DNA from: Octopus vulgaris | Taxonomy: Eukaryota | DNA length: 64,000 nt | Assembly (NCBI GenBank): GCA_951406725.2 | Contig: OX597831.1 | Location: 82,274,001 to 82,338,000 of the forward strand | Direction: 5' to 3' | Program-made: the position numbers and the translations under genes | Part shown: positions 1 to 16,522 of the stretch, one piece after another | How the letters are laid out: every line of letters begins with the position of its first letter | Numbering within the stretch: position 1 is the stretch's first letter | The notes under the pieces: model-generated | Database searches by the model: none | Told to the model about the DNA's origin: nothing | The model's input: only the letters and a program-made list of their open reading frames with translations

Positions 1-239
1 ACTTCATAAAAAAACTGTGTTTTCCTGTCTTCGGCAAATTATCGGTTAACTGATTGGAGACCGATACAACCGATAAAACATACAAGCAAACAAACCCTAG
101 AAATATGAAGTCAATTTTTTGGTGGCTGAAAATTGATGGCTGGAGTAAAATTTATTGAGGCTACTGTGGCACACAAATAATCGTAGGGATAAAGTAGTAG
201 GCGCTCATACATACATACAAACATATAAGAACATATATG

Positions 240-283
<44 letters not shown>

Positions 284-688
284 TCTCTAATAGTTTGATT
301 CGGTTGCATGAAACTTAGTTTCATAGACTTGTCAAGCCGTATTCGGTTCTACGTGCCTGATGAGTTAGGTTTGTTTAACCATGAAACAGTAATTTAAATG
401 AAGTCGAATCAAACTGTCATCAAACAATATCTGTAAATCCTGTCATATTTGATGAGTGTCACTTTTGTTCGTAATATAAATATAACACACACACACACAT
501 GTATATATGCATGTATACACGCATGTATGCATGTGTTTGTATGTATGTGTGTATATATAGATATTTTGAAGAGGTCTTAGGCCAACAGGTTTTTGGGTCT
601 GACGGTACGCCACAAAGCTAAACCCTTTATGGCCGGGAGACCCGGGGTAACCCCATTAACCGGCCTTCTCCATCATATATATATGTAT

Positions 689-761
<73 letters not shown>

Positions 762-1383
762 AATCCGTGTATACATATGCAACAGCTTCATACAGACTTA
801 GGTTTGCTCGTGCATGCGCACATGTGTGCGTATGTATAAGTAAACCTGAATCTATATTCATTTGCTCGTGCAAAAAGGAAAGCTGTAAATAATGGATCTT
901 AAATATGTACGCCGGAAGCAGTAAGTTGGAACTGAATGCTGGTGTATAATGTATGGTTAGGTAGGAAGGCGTCAAGTTTAAGATGTGTGAAGGGGTTAAG
1001 TCGCAGGTAATACTTATCAACCGGCTTTAAGGCTTCAGTCAGTTTCATTTTTTCCTAGTTGTAAAGACGTGTGCATCCCAAGGGAGATAATCTCCGATCT
1101 TAAGTTCAGTTGCCTTACGACAGTAATAACAGTGTATAAATAGAAGTAATGGATACGTCACCTGTGGGTTTTATAGACTGTTATAGCTTAGGTGAAGACT
1201 GAAGGCTGCAAAGCAAAAAATAACACTGGGGAAAAGAGAAAGAAAGTAATAAAAGCTTTAAGAATATCCCTATTTTAGGGGATGAAGGAAGCTTCAATTC
1301 ATGTGAAATTAGCATACTGTGTGTCTGTACACATATATATGTGTGTGTGCGTGTGTGTGTATGAATTTATAAATATATATGTA

Positions 1384-1456
<73 letters not shown>

Positions 1457-1457
1457 C

Positions 1458-1491
<34 letters not shown>

Positions 1492-1613
1492 TGTATGTAT
1501 GTATGTATGTATGTATGTATGTATGTATGTATGTATGTATGTATGTATGTATGTATGTATGTATGTATACGAAAATTTTCATACAAGGTATGTATATACG
1601 TATGTATGACTGC

Positions 1614-1669
<56 letters not shown>

Positions 1670-1839
1670 GTGTGTGTGTATGTACACACGCACATATATA
1701 TGCATAAGAGTGACTAGATAGAAGCAAGACTAACTCTAATGCACCGCAGTTTGACGATGGGTTAGCTGGGCGAAAACTTCGAAGTCACTGTCAACAACAT
1801 TCTTGTATAAGAATAATGAATTTGTACTCCACAAAAGTA

Positions 1840-2025
1840 AGAAGCTAGCTCCCCAACCACCAGGTTCCGGGTTCAGTCTCTCTGCATGGCACCTTCTACT
1901 AGAGACTCGGGCCGATCAATGGATTCGGTAGACAGAAACTGAAAGAAGCCCGTTGTATATATATACATACACATACACACACACACGCACATACTCACAT
2001 ATGTGTGTGTGTATATATATGTATG

Positions 2026-2087
<62 letters not shown>

Positions 2088-2371
2088 TAAATTATATATA
2101 TATATATACATACACACACACACACACATACATACATACATATATGTGTGTGTGCGTGTATGTATTTGTGTGTCTGTGTTTGGCCCACACCATCGCTTGA
2201 CACCGACATTGGTGTGTTTACGTCCCCGTAACATAGCAGTTCGGCGAAACAGATTGATGGAATAAGTACTAAGCTAACAAAGAATGAGTCCTGGGGTCGA
2301 TTTGTTCGACTAAAGGCGCTGCTCCAGCATAACCGCAGTCTAATGTCCGAAACAGGTAAAAGAATAAAAGA

Positions 2372-2372
<1 letters not shown>
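1840..2372 (+). mobile_element. tRNA-type SINE, family A (internal microsatellite, stem-loop tail)
   Basis: B-box-like ggttccgggttcagtc, ggtagacagaaactgaaagaagcccg core, tail ccagcat..gcagtctaatgtccgaaacaggtaaaagaataaaaga. Confidence 0.75.
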
Positions 2373-2419
<47 letters not shown>

Positions 2420-2832
2420 AATAAAAAAAAAACAAGGCCAAAAAGAGAAAAGTAGTCTTACAGCTGTTTCAGGGAAGTAAATGATATTCCATCAGCAAAG
2501 TGGAGTTAAGAGACTTTCAATAGAATGAACTGGGAGAGTTCATTACATAAGGAGTTACTTTGGGAAAAGGAGAGATACAGGAACATAGAAAGGGAAATAT
2601 GATAATTTTCATATTTCCCTTTCTACGTTCCTGTTTCTCTCCGTATTCCATTTAACATATACTCACTCACACACGACCTGCCATAGACTCTTCATTCATA
2701 TTATTGTTAAACCGGGAGTTTAACAATGGTCCTTCTGCAGCATTTACATAGGTTTACCTGCCTTTGAGGTCTGATACATACCAAAACCTCTCATTCATAT
2801 ATATATATATATATATATAAATGTATGAATGC

Positions 2833-2930
<98 letters not shown>

Positions 2931-3019
2931 CATATATATATGTATATATATATATGTATATATACATATATATGTATATAGAATATATATATGTATATAG
3001 AATATAAATATGTATATAT

Positions 3020-3070
<51 letters not shown>

Positions 3071-3149
3071 AGCCAGGTGGTGCTATTAAGTAGACATGGC
3101 CTGGGCCAATACTAAAACCTTTCTAAGTTATTCTAAGTTATATATACAT

Positions 3150-3185
<36 letters not shown>

Positions 3186-3244
3186 ATAATAAATGCGCCC
3201 TTTTAAAGCGTAGCCAGGCTCATGGGCCCGGTTTCCCCGTTTCA

Positions 3245-3851
3245 ATGTGTTCCCCAGCTGGGCGAATGTACTTGTGGAGTCAGCCTAAAGAAGCATTTGA
3301 TCCAGACTGCCTTCTTCCAACAGTTAAACATGGAGGAGGATCTGTGATGATCTGTGATGATCTGGGGCGGCTATATCTTGGAAATCCGCCAGCCGAATGG
3401 CTTCCCTTCATGGCAGAATTAATAGTAAAAACTATTTAAGCATTTTATCTGATCAAATTCATTCTATGGTTGCAGAATTGTTTCTGGAGGGAAACGCAAT
3501 CTTTCAGGATGATAATGTACCAATTCACACAGCTAAAGTTGTTACTGAATGGCACGAGGAACATTCTAGTGAAGTTGAACATCTTATCTGGCCACCACAG
3601 TCCCCAGATCTCAATATAGCGCATTTTAGAAAAACAAGTAAGGAGTCGATATCCCCCACCATCATCACTACAAGAACTGGAGACAGCTTTAGCTAAAGAA
3701 TGGACAAAAATTCCTTTGGAAACAATTCAATCTTTGTGCGAGTCCATACCTCGTAGAACTCAAGCAGTAATTACTGCCAAAGGCGGTCCTACTCCATATT
3801 AAAATAAATTTGTTCGAAATTTTAAGGTGTTTCCATTATTTTGTCCAACCC

Positions 3852-3854
<3 letters not shown>
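3245..3854 (+). mobile_element. Tc1-family transposon 3' half with right TIR (defective)
   Basis: PTVKHGGGSVMI, IFQDDNVPIH and WPPQSPDLN motifs of Tc1 DDE transposases. Ends ...ttgtccaacccctg|TA. Confidence 0.9.
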
Positions 3855-3936
<82 letters not shown>

Positions 3937-4019
3937 TGTATGTATGTATGTATGTATGTATGTATATATGTATGTATGAATGTATGTGTATGTATGTATG
4001 AATGTATATATATGTATGC

Positions 4020-4070
<51 letters not shown>

Positions 4071-4081
4071 TAGATAGATAG

Positions 4082-4120
<39 letters not shown>

Positions 4121-5386
4121 GTAGACAGATAGATAGATAGATAGTGTATATATGTGTGTGTGTGAGTGCATGTGTGTGAGTGCATGTGTGTGAGTGCATG
4201 TGTGTGAGTGCATGTGTGTGAGTGCATGTGTGTGAGTGTGTGTGTATCTATACGAACGGCGCTGTTATGTGAATTACTTATGAACGTATTTATAGCCAAG
4301 CAATGCATGTTGATATGCGATTAGATAGAGTTACCTGACTGCAAGATATCTCCAAGATAAGGTTTAACAAGCAACTTGCCAACGACGCCTTCACTATAAT
4401 TCTATACCCTAACTATTCCACGACGACGAAGGGAACAGTTAATGGGGGGAAGGAGGGGTTTGGGCACGAAACTGATGGTGTTGAATCGAAATTGCAGCCA
4501 CAATTCCACCAACAGCACCGCTCACTCATCATCATCATCGTCATCATCATCATCATCACCATCATCGTCATCATCATCATCATCACCATCATCGTCATCA
4601 TCATCATCACCACCTCAGTTTTTGTCTAATACATTTATTATGCATGGATTGCATTTTGATGTTGCATCTTGGTAACCCTTGTGGCAAACATTTGTAGGTC
4701 AGGAGGGCAAACGGTTCCAAAAACCACAAAGTCCCCGGCCCTCATAATGTTTCCTGTTTTGCCTTCGGTCACCGCGTCTCAATATTCGCGACTGAATCTT
4801 TAATAATGGCCAAATCTTTGGGGCCAACATTTATGGGAGACAAAAGAGACAGCCATACATGCAAATACACACACCCACACATACATGCAAATACACACAC
4901 CCACACACACATACACGTACACACACACATGCGCACACAAATATTATGAAATAGATTAAAACATTACAAAGCCTTAGTGTGTATTAAATAAAACGGTAAA
5001 CACCTTCTATGATATTGATGTGCGGAAAATATGGGGGGAGTATCCTGACGGACTGTTCCATTGTTTATTGGTGACTCATTGTAGCTTTGCAGCACTTAAA
5101 TTTATTCTAGTTCTTGATTTACACTATGTTATGCATAAAATAGATATTGTTAAATTAATGAAGAACCATTAGAAGCACAGATATGCAAATTAAGTTATGC
5201 ACCATGGTCTTAGCCTAATTTATAAGCAGGTGGTCTATGATATTGATCGTAGAAGAATGCTGAGTACGTCATCTCTGAGGAGCAGTCAACAAACAAAGAA
5301 ACGTTCCATCAGGAGACTCCCCAGTCTATTTTTCACACATCTACAACACAGAAAGAACGTGTTTACATTCTTAATTAAAGTTTTGT

Positions 5387-5786
5387 TATAACGATTTCAA
5401 GTTTTGGCATCAGGCCAACAATTTCGGGGAGGAGATGAATCGATTACATCGACCCCATTGTTCAACTGGTACTTATTTTATCGATCCCAACATGGATGAT
5501 AAGCAAAGTCGACCACGAAGGACTTTGAACTCAGAACGTAAAAACGGATGAAATACCAATTTTTTACTGCTCACAAGGGCTACATCCAGAGGGGACAAAC
5601 AAGGACAGACAAATGGATTAAGTCGATTATATCGACCCCAGGGCGTAACTGGTACTTATTTAATCGACCCCGAAAGGATGAAAGGGAAAGTCGACCTCGG
5701 CGGAATTTGAACTCAGAACGTAACGGCAGACGAAATATCCCTAAGCATTTCGCCTGGCGTGCTAACGTTTCTGCCAGCTCGCCGCT
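5387..5786 (-). mobile_element. Dimeric/nested SINE family B
   Basis: Two family-B bodies in tandem, flanked by ttaaagttttgt at 5375-5386 and 5787-5798 (possible TSD). Confidence 0.72.
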
Positions 5787-7037
5787 TTAAAGTTTTGTAA
5801 GATTAAAATCTCTGTTCCAATTTAGCCTGTATTGTGCATAAAATATTGTCCAAATGTAATACAATATTGCTGTATGCTGATCTATTATTGGACACATTAA
5901 TCTCTTATGTTTCTACTCACTGTGGCCACAACTGGCATCCTCATCCGACTCCTTTTGTATCTTACATAATTGTTATATAGAATTTGCAGAGTTCTATGAT
6001 CTGAAGTTCATCACCCAAATCAGATAAGGTACTATATTCCGATGTCTGCTGTTTATTAATATGGTCACGTTTTTTTTTAACAATACATTTATTCTTATAT
6101 TAGAATTTAAAGAGTATAAAAGGCTATTCATTATTTTCTGTGGCAAAAGTGTCTTAACTGATGGGCAAACCACGTCTATTTATAAACAAGGCCTCGGCAA
6201 CAATATCAGATTATCTCTTATCTACCCATTTATGTTTATAAAGCTGAGAGAATCCTTGCACTGTTAATTTCAGCATTCTGGCGGAAGTCGTTCAGTAAAA
6301 TAATATTTTGGCAGTTTGGAGGAATGCTACGGCCAGAACCAATAACGATACCCGGCAGGCTTACATCAAAGTTGCAGACGTTGTGAATAAATTAAAGAGC
6401 AACATTCTTAAACTGACAAAACTCCGTGCTGCATCCCAAAGCGACGAAAATATTTTGACAAATTAAATTTAAATGTTGAAGTGAAGCTAACGGTTTTTGT
6501 GTGTTTCTTAAATGGCTTATAAACACCTTCCACGCTGCAATTGTTTTCGTTCCACCACACGATCTCAGATCAGGTCACTTGCTATGCATGTACATCTCCG
6601 TAATTCTTAATTCCCTTTAAACATTTCTTGAAAGTGAAATTTATTGAACAATTCGAGGTTTCTAAGGTGTCAGTGAGAGCTAAGGTTAAGTGCCAACGCC
6701 TATTAAGCTCTTGTCCAACCTCACTCACGCACACACCCACTCACCCACTCACTCATTCACCCATTCACTCACTCACTCACCCACTCACATACTCATTCAC
6801 CCACTGACCCACTCACTCACCCAATCAGTGATCCACTACCCACTCACCTTTCACTCGCCCACTCACCCTCTCACTCACCCACACTCTCTATCTATTTATC
6901 TACACACACACACACACGCTCATATACTCATACATACAAATATACAGATAGATTGCATGTTTGTATATCAGTATACGCAAACACACACATGCATACACAA
7001 ATACATAAATACATAGAGACAGACAGACAGACAGACA

Positions 7038-7081
<44 letters not shown>

Positions 7082-7243
7082 GTTGGTGCATAATTGTTGC
7101 GGCTTTTTTCCACAAATTTTATTCAGCAAAAACAATAACAACGTTTAACAAAAGCAGCACTGCTTGGAACCGCTCAAATACTCCGGATGATACTCGAAAA
7201 ATAAGGGGTGTTACCTTAGTTCATTGACACCGTAGCGCAATAC

Positions 7244-7280
<37 letters not shown>

Positions 7281-7308
7281 AATGATGATAATAATAATAA
7301 TAATAATA

Positions 7309-7401
<93 letters not shown>

Positions 7402-7454
7402 TAATAATAATATATGATGATGATGATGATGATGATAATAATAACAACAAAAAT

Positions 7455-7489
<35 letters not shown>

Positions 7490-7492
7490 CAA

Positions 7493-9014
<1,522 letters not shown>

Positions 9015-10696
9015 TCCTACGAAAATTACTGTCTATATAACAGCAAAACACATATGAAAAGCACATTTTCTGAACCAATATTTCTTACGAATCCAAGGTA
9101 CAAAATTAAAATACAAATCCCTCTCACCGAAAAACATTTGTTTTCCCGCGAAACATGGCAATTATCAACAACCCCAGTCATAATAGCCAGATGAACTTAT
9201 AACTTGTTGTCTCTTGAGGTCTCTGGATGAGATTTGGTCTCTGCTCGTACAAACACTTGCCAAAATCCAATCATCATCATCATCGTCGTCATCGTTGTTG
9301 TTGTTGTTGTTGTTAAGAGTAGCAGCAGCAGCAGCAGCAGCGTCCCTGGACGCGATAAATTTGCTATAATTAGCACCAGTTCATTTATTTCCTCTGTAGA
9401 ATTTATGGTAATTTTAGAGGATTCTTTTCAACTGCAACATAATAACTTGCCTTAGATTTCTATAATCGATACTTAATAATCAATAAATCCCTTTTTGGAA
9501 CAATCTATTTATTCCCTAAGATAATTCAATATTATTGATTGAGACTTCCATTTCCCCGTGACGGTACAACTTATATTTCTTTAGATTGATTCAATAAGTA
9601 GACGTAGATTTCTTGATTCTTCCGAGACAACCACCCCACCATTCCACCATTTTCTGACAAATATTCTTCATAAAAATCGACATTTCTATCAGTTTTATAG
9701 TCCAAACTTCACTTTCTTTTACTCGGATTACTAGTACAAACAATTCTGCCTTTAACAAATAATTTGTCATCTAAAACCATCGTATGATAGTTTCTTTTCC
9801 TTACTAGTCATCCCCGCCCCGCCTCTGCCCTTGCACCACGAGAGAATTTTGGCTCGACCAAACAATGAAATATTCTTCTTAAAATGCTACAACTATATTC
9901 CACACATTTTCTTCAGAGAATCAGTGTCTGAGATGGTTCAACATTTATTTCTTCAGCAGCTTGCCATTGACATTGACGTTGAATTCTTGATGTCATTCTT
10001 CTAGAAGATTTTCTTCTTATCCTTGTAATACCCTTCCTCTGTCTCCTGCAGAGGCGAGATTGCCGATAAAATACCGATCTACCTGCTTTATAGATCATAA
10101 ATTCAAATCTACTGCAGATATTTCTTGATAGAACACCTGCTTCAGGCAGGTAGTGCTGCCAACCAACCTGTATATGCCAACTGTGGTAAAGTATTTTCAT
10201 ATCCAGATGAAGATAGATCAACCCTTCCTCAGTACCCCCGTCTTCAGAATTTAGAAACTTTTTTTACATTTCTTACCAAAATATCGGCAATATTCTATTC
10301 CTTGGTGCCGGTTAAACTGGAGTCAACTTCCTTCTTGACCCTCTCGTAGCTCCTATTTCTTTTCTTTTCATTATTTTACTTTTACAGTCATTGCACTACT
10401 GCCATGCTGGAGCACTGCCTTGAATAGTTTAGCAAAACAAATCGACCGCATACATATTTATAAGTTTCGTACGTATTCTATCGGACAGCTAAGTTACGGG
10501 GATGTCAAGTGGTGAATGGGGTCAAAGATATACGCACACAAATATACATAACGGTTTTCCATGCAGTTTCCACTTTCCAAATTCCTTCACAAGGAATTGA
10601 TCAGCCCTAGGTCATAGCAGGAGTGGCTTACTTACCCAAGGGACTGAACCAGAAACCACAAAGTTGTGAAGAAAACTTCTTATCTATGCCTGCGAC

Positions 10697-10851
10697 CAAG
10701 GACGGACTGAACCGTCGGTCAATCGGGTACTGCCCGAGCGCCCGCAGCACTGAGGGGCCGGCACTCTACATGTTAACTCTACTAAATCAATGCTAAGGGG
10801 CCCGGTAAACAGTTATGCCCGAGGGCCCTTAATACTCTCTGTCCGCCCCTG
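10697..10851. mobile_element. hAT-like MITE
   Basis: Imperfect TIRs caaggacggac / gtccgcccctg, flanked by an 8-bp TSD with one mismatch (cctgcgac 10689-10696 / cctacgac 10852-10859). Confidence 0.7.
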
Positions 10852-12289
10852 CCTACGACTATCGTATAGCCATCCCCGCCTCTCCCATTACAAATCACGA
10901 AGAACTCGTCACATCGAATCTGACCGTAAAACCAAGTACGACATATTGGTTACTGATGTGTCGGCGCGTGGTTTAGTGGCTAGGGGCATTCGGCTCACAA
11001 TAATAAGGTTTTGAGTTCAATAGTGAGCAGTGCATGTGTCCTTGGGCAAGACACATTATTTCCCGTTGCTCTCAGCTAACAAAAACGAATTGTACCTGTA
11101 AGGCAAAGGACTGCCATGTCAGGTGTTATTAAGGTTACGTGTATCAGCGGAGTGCGCAGTCACTTGCACGTTAATTGCACGATCAGGCTGTTCCGTCGAT
11201 CGAATCAACTGTAATATTGATCATCGTAACCGACGAAGCATCAGTTTGTTGTTTCTGACAGTTGTAGGATTTTAACTCAGAACACAAAGAGTAGGAAGAT
11301 ATTTCGGGAGGCATTTCGTCCGACGCTGGTAACAGTTTCATTCCCACCCCTAATTGATTTATCGACCCCAAAAGACAACATTGACAGCGGTGGAATTTGA
11401 ATTTATATCACAGAAACTAGTTTACCTATGGCCATTTGCTGACTCTCAATAAAGGTTAAGTGTAGATAGTGGACATATACGAGGGGGTACTCAAAAGTTC
11501 CCAGCTTTGGGTAAAAGAAAATACAGGAAGGGTCAATTAATTATTATAAACTTTTTACCTAATGCGAGCCCAGAGCATCTCTTATCTCTTACACTATTTC
11601 AGTATTACGTCTCTATTGTAATGTGAGATAATATTTTCAGTTTGAAAGAAGTCTGTTCATAAATATATTCCTTATGCATTCCAAATCGAGTTACAGATTT
11701 GGACGTATGGGGTATCAAAAGATTTAATGCTATTTCGGCTACAAATTAAACTTAATTTCCATTCACATATTTGCATTTCAAAAATTTAACATTATAATCT
11801 TTTCCATAAACCAACTCAACTACCGTAAACATTTTATACGATGACGTCGTATGTGTGTGTGTGTGTACCTTAAAAGACATCAATCATCACGACACATACC
11901 TTCACTCACTCGATCTATTTTTGTCACTTTTTTTCTCTCTCTCTCACACACACACGCACGTACGCACATACGCACACACATAAAAATGTACATACATCTT
12001 TCACTTTTTTCCTCTGTCCTTTTCGCTTTCTCTTCTCCCAATTTCTGCTCTCTTCAACTAAATTTTTACGGAATGAGCGAGGGAAACACAGAAAAGACGT
12101 AATCTCTCCAGAAACACGTATAAAGCAAGAATGATTGTAGAAAACCGAAGGTACGAATCTGAAGAGAGAAGAGAGATGAGATTTTCTCAACATCAGCAAA
12201 TGCATCTTGCAGCACTTAATGCGGGATCAATTAAATCAGTGTCTTAATGATTAGATAAAAGTCCAATAGAATAGCTCTCAGGAACAGAT

Positions 12290-12720
12290 TACGTACAAAT
12301 TCGTTCTTCACAACTCCTGAAGCTGTCCAAATTGGTGTGCTAAACACAAATTGTCTTTTCCGTAGAGCTTTAAAATTTTCAAATGAACAAATGGAATGTG
12401 TTGCTCAGGCGGCCAGGTAACATTGCCAGCACTACCAACTCCTTCTCAACATCTTATGGATCTTCTTGAAGGTACTTCCATCCAGTCAAAGGATTTATTG
12501 AACAATATCAGACAATACAACTCCGCATTTCAAATGACATCGTTTGGTGCATCTAAGAAGATAGATAAACATGAGTTTACGCCGACGTCAAAGTTCAAGG
12601 GCAAGTCTATCACCTCATTAGTTCCATGTTACCCACAAATGAACAACCACAGTTCCCCCAAATTTACTTTATGAGTGATGTAGGACAACGAACCCGAAGG
12701 AGGTGTTAAAATTTCAGATG
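12290..12720 (+). mobile_element. Helitron Rep-helicase fragment (pseudogenised)
   Basis: CCSGGQVTLP...LLNNIRQYNSAFQMTSFGA, then frameshifted KVQGQVYHLISSMLP: conserved Helitron motifs upstream of the Rep domain. Confidence 0.8.
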
Positions 12721-13777
12721 ATGTGTCGTGTTAGACACAACACTGACTGCTGCAAAAGAGAGTACATCTACTGGCAGCTTTTTGGTGCGTTCAAAAATCA
12801 CATAACCCCCACTCCCAATTTTCCATGACAGGTCAGGGCCCGAAATACTCCAAACGGATGCATAGCATGCTGCTAAGTCGAATTAGCCCATAAATGTTTT
12901 GTTGTCAAAGCTACTCTTTCCCATATCACCTCTTTCAACATAACTCTAATATATTATATACAAGCATTGACATGAAACTCATTTTCACCATAAAACAATA
13001 AAGAGTTAATAGTTTTAGAAGTTTGCAAATTTTGGATAACTTTAGCCAATCGAAAACCACAGATATATAGGTGCCTGTTTCCATAGTGACAAACCAAGCT
13101 GTCATGAAGCTGCTTATGCGCGTGGTCATTTTTCGCTTATTAAATGCTTAAAACACATGAGGTATGAGGTGGTCGTGAGATGTGCTAAAAATAATAGCTA
13201 AATAGGTCTTAAATCATGCGCCAAAGCCAATTTTTCATTTGTTTACAGTTATCAAATACGTGAAGTCACGCAGAAAATAACAGCTTCCAGATTCTGTTTT
13301 CTGATTGGGTGAAAATGATCAAACGTTAAACCTCTGAAACTTTGAAAATTTCTTCTGGAAAAAAGTGAATTATCTCTTGAGATTCAGCATGGAAAATTAC
13401 ATCAATACACTAAATTTTAAAATATTCACTAAACTTTAAAATTTCCACAGGTGCAGCCAAACAGAAAAGATCCGTATATTATCCAATTAGCCATATATTA
13501 ATTAGTCGACAGAGAAGGAGGAGGAGGAGGAGAAGAAGAAGAAGAAGAAGAAGAAGAAGAAGAAGAAGAAGAAGAAGAAGAAGAAGAAAAAAAGAAGGAG
13601 ACGAAGAAGAAGAAGAAAAAGAAAGAAAAAGAAGAAGAAGAAGAAGAAGAAGAAGAAGAAGAAGAAGAAGATGAAGAAGAAGAAGAAGAGAGGAAGAAAA
13701 TAAGTGGTTGCAACTTAACCAGTGAAAATTAATTTACACTCATACACTCTCTCTCTCTCTTTCTCTCACTCTCTCAG

Positions 13778-13809
<32 letters not shown>

Positions 13810-14407
13810 ACACACACACACACACACATACACACATTTATAAACTGCAACATATCATCTAATTAACCAATGATTATAATTAGCCAATGGTAATTATTAT
13901 ATCTCTATTGTTATCTAAAAACTGCTCATATCTTAATGATATTCATGTTGAGTGGGTGAGGAGAGAGAGGCGGGAGGGGAGAGAGAGTGAGAGTGAGAGT
14001 GAGAGAGAGAGGGGGGAGTGAGTGAGAGAGAGAGAGGGGGGAGAGTGAGTGAGAGTGAGAGTGAGAGAGAGAGAGGGGGGAGAGGGAGATTTATTAATAG
14101 ATGTCGGCCTATAACTGTCACGAAAGCTACCTCACGGTTTAACAGAAACGAGAACAACAATGCGGGCTGGAGGTGGGGTGGCGGTGGTAGTGGTGGCGGC
14201 GGTGGTGATGGTGGAGGTGGTGGTGGAGGAGGTGGTGGTGGAGGAGGAGGAGGTGGAGGAAATCTCCAATTTCTCAAGTTGCGCATGTGTGAAACATCAT
14301 CAGCTAAGTACTATCTTAGAATGCAAAGAAAGGTAACGCATGTGTGCGTGTATGGGGGGGGGGAGGTAATAAGATACGTTATCAGGGAAAAGAAACCAAA
14401 CCTAAAA

Positions 14408-14446
<39 letters not shown>

Positions 14447-14702
14447 TGATGATGATGATGATGATTTCATTTATTTGCCACAAGGCAAGGACGAGGGGGA
14501 CAATACAAAGACAGACGTAAAGTGGAATAATAACAACAACAACAACAATACGAAAATATCATACTGGGTGTCTTTTTTTCTGTAGCTTTTTCGCATCTCT
14601 CTTTCTCTGCATATTTATCTATTCGCCTTCCTAGCTATTTATATCTATCTACCCGTCTCTCTTTCTTTTGCCTCTCTCTGTCTCTCTCTCTTTCTCCATT
14701 TC

Positions 14703-14753
<51 letters not shown>

Positions 14754-14754
14754 G

Positions 14755-14804
<50 letters not shown>

Positions 14805-14828
14805 AAGATAGCTAGCTAGCTAGCTAGC

Positions 14829-14915
<87 letters not shown>

Positions 14916-15900
14916 AGTCGTCTGCGAACGATGACATACCAGCCGAGATATATAGATGTGGAAGCGATTTCCTGTTGAACAAAATTTTGTGAACTCTTCT
15001 CGTTAATCTGCGAATCAGGATCAGTCACACGGGAGTTTAAAGAAGCTTCCATTGTCCGTCTTTATTAGCACAAGGCAACAGATATGAATGTGACAATCAT
15101 AGAAGTATCTCTCTTTTGTGTGTTGCCGAGAAGATCCTTGGAAGGGTCTTCTTAAACAGACTAAATTATGCCCTTTTCAGCTTAGTGTTGCCTGAATCTC
15201 AGTGTGGCTTTCAGGCTGGTAGAGGCGCAGTGGGTAGGATTTTCAGCCCGAGGCAACTGCAGGAACGGGTTCGTGTGCACAACCGAGTCCTGTTTATCAC
15301 TTTTGTAGATCTAAAGCTTTCAACACCCTATCCAGGGATGCTCTTTGGTTTGTCCTTAGAAAGCTGTTCCCGAAACGATGCTCAACGTCATCATTTCTTT
15401 CCATCACTCCCATTTTAACACCTTCTTCGGGTTCGTTGTCCTACATTACTCATAAAGTAAATTTGGGGGAACTGTGGTTGTTCATTTGTGGGTAACATGG
15501 AACTAATGAAGTGATAGACTTCTATCAGATCCAGCTGGGAAGTTTCCAATTTATTCACAGTCTCAAATGGGACAAAACAAGGCTGTGTTTGAGGATGTTA
15601 AAGAAGGAGTAAAGTTTGAGTACGGGATTGATGTTCAACAAACAGCGCTTCAAAGCAAAAACTAAGACTTCGGTTCAAACAGTTCGATTGTGCACTTGTA
15701 GCACACACCCTTGAAGACATGCAATGGATATTAAACAACTTCTTGCGCGCATCGAAAACTTTTCGTCTGACCATCAGCATCAAGTAAACTGAGCCTGTCC
15801 ATCAGGACCGTCTTCCCGCTGTTGCGCCTTCAGTATATGTTCACGTGAACACATTAAGAACTGTTTGCTTCTTCATTTATCTTGGTCCCATTGAGTCCAA
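14916..15900 (+). mobile_element. Degenerate RTE-clade LINE reverse transcriptase fragment
   Basis: ISLLCVAEKILGRVFLNRL, LPESQCGFQAGRG, FITFVDL, NGTKQGCV and DCALVAH motifs across frameshifts. Confidence 0.8.
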
Positions 15901-15951
15901 TCATAGAACATAATTACTGCTTACTTTGGATGAACCCTCATTTGCCGTACG

Positions 15952-15999
15952 CTATACATACATACATACGCACATACATACATACATACATACATACAT

Positions 16000-16030
<31 letters not shown>

Positions 16031-16123
16031 TACACACACACATACATACATACATACATACATACATACATACATACATACATACATACACACATACATA
16101 CATACATACATACATACATACAT

Positions 16124-16154
<31 letters not shown>

Positions 16155-16187
16155 TACACACACACATACATACATACATACATACAT

Positions 16188-16218
<31 letters not shown>

Positions 16219-16287
16219 TACATACATACATACATACATACATACACACACACATACATACACACACACATACATACATACATACAT

Positions 16288-16318
<31 letters not shown>

Positions 16319-16487
16319 TACATACATACATACATACATACATACATACATACACACACACATACATACACACACACACATACATACATACATACATACA
16401 TACATACATACACACACATACATACATACATACATACATACATACATACATACATACATACATACAATACATACATACATACATACA

Positions 16488-16517
<30 letters not shown>
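15952..16517. repeat. Long (TACA)n/(CA)n microsatellite
   Basis: Direct inspection. Confidence 0.95.

Positions 16518-16522
<5 letters not shown>

Noticed and set aside
9913-10349. Basic, charged ORF fragments
   Set aside because: No recognisable motif; probably decayed TE but cannot be assigned.
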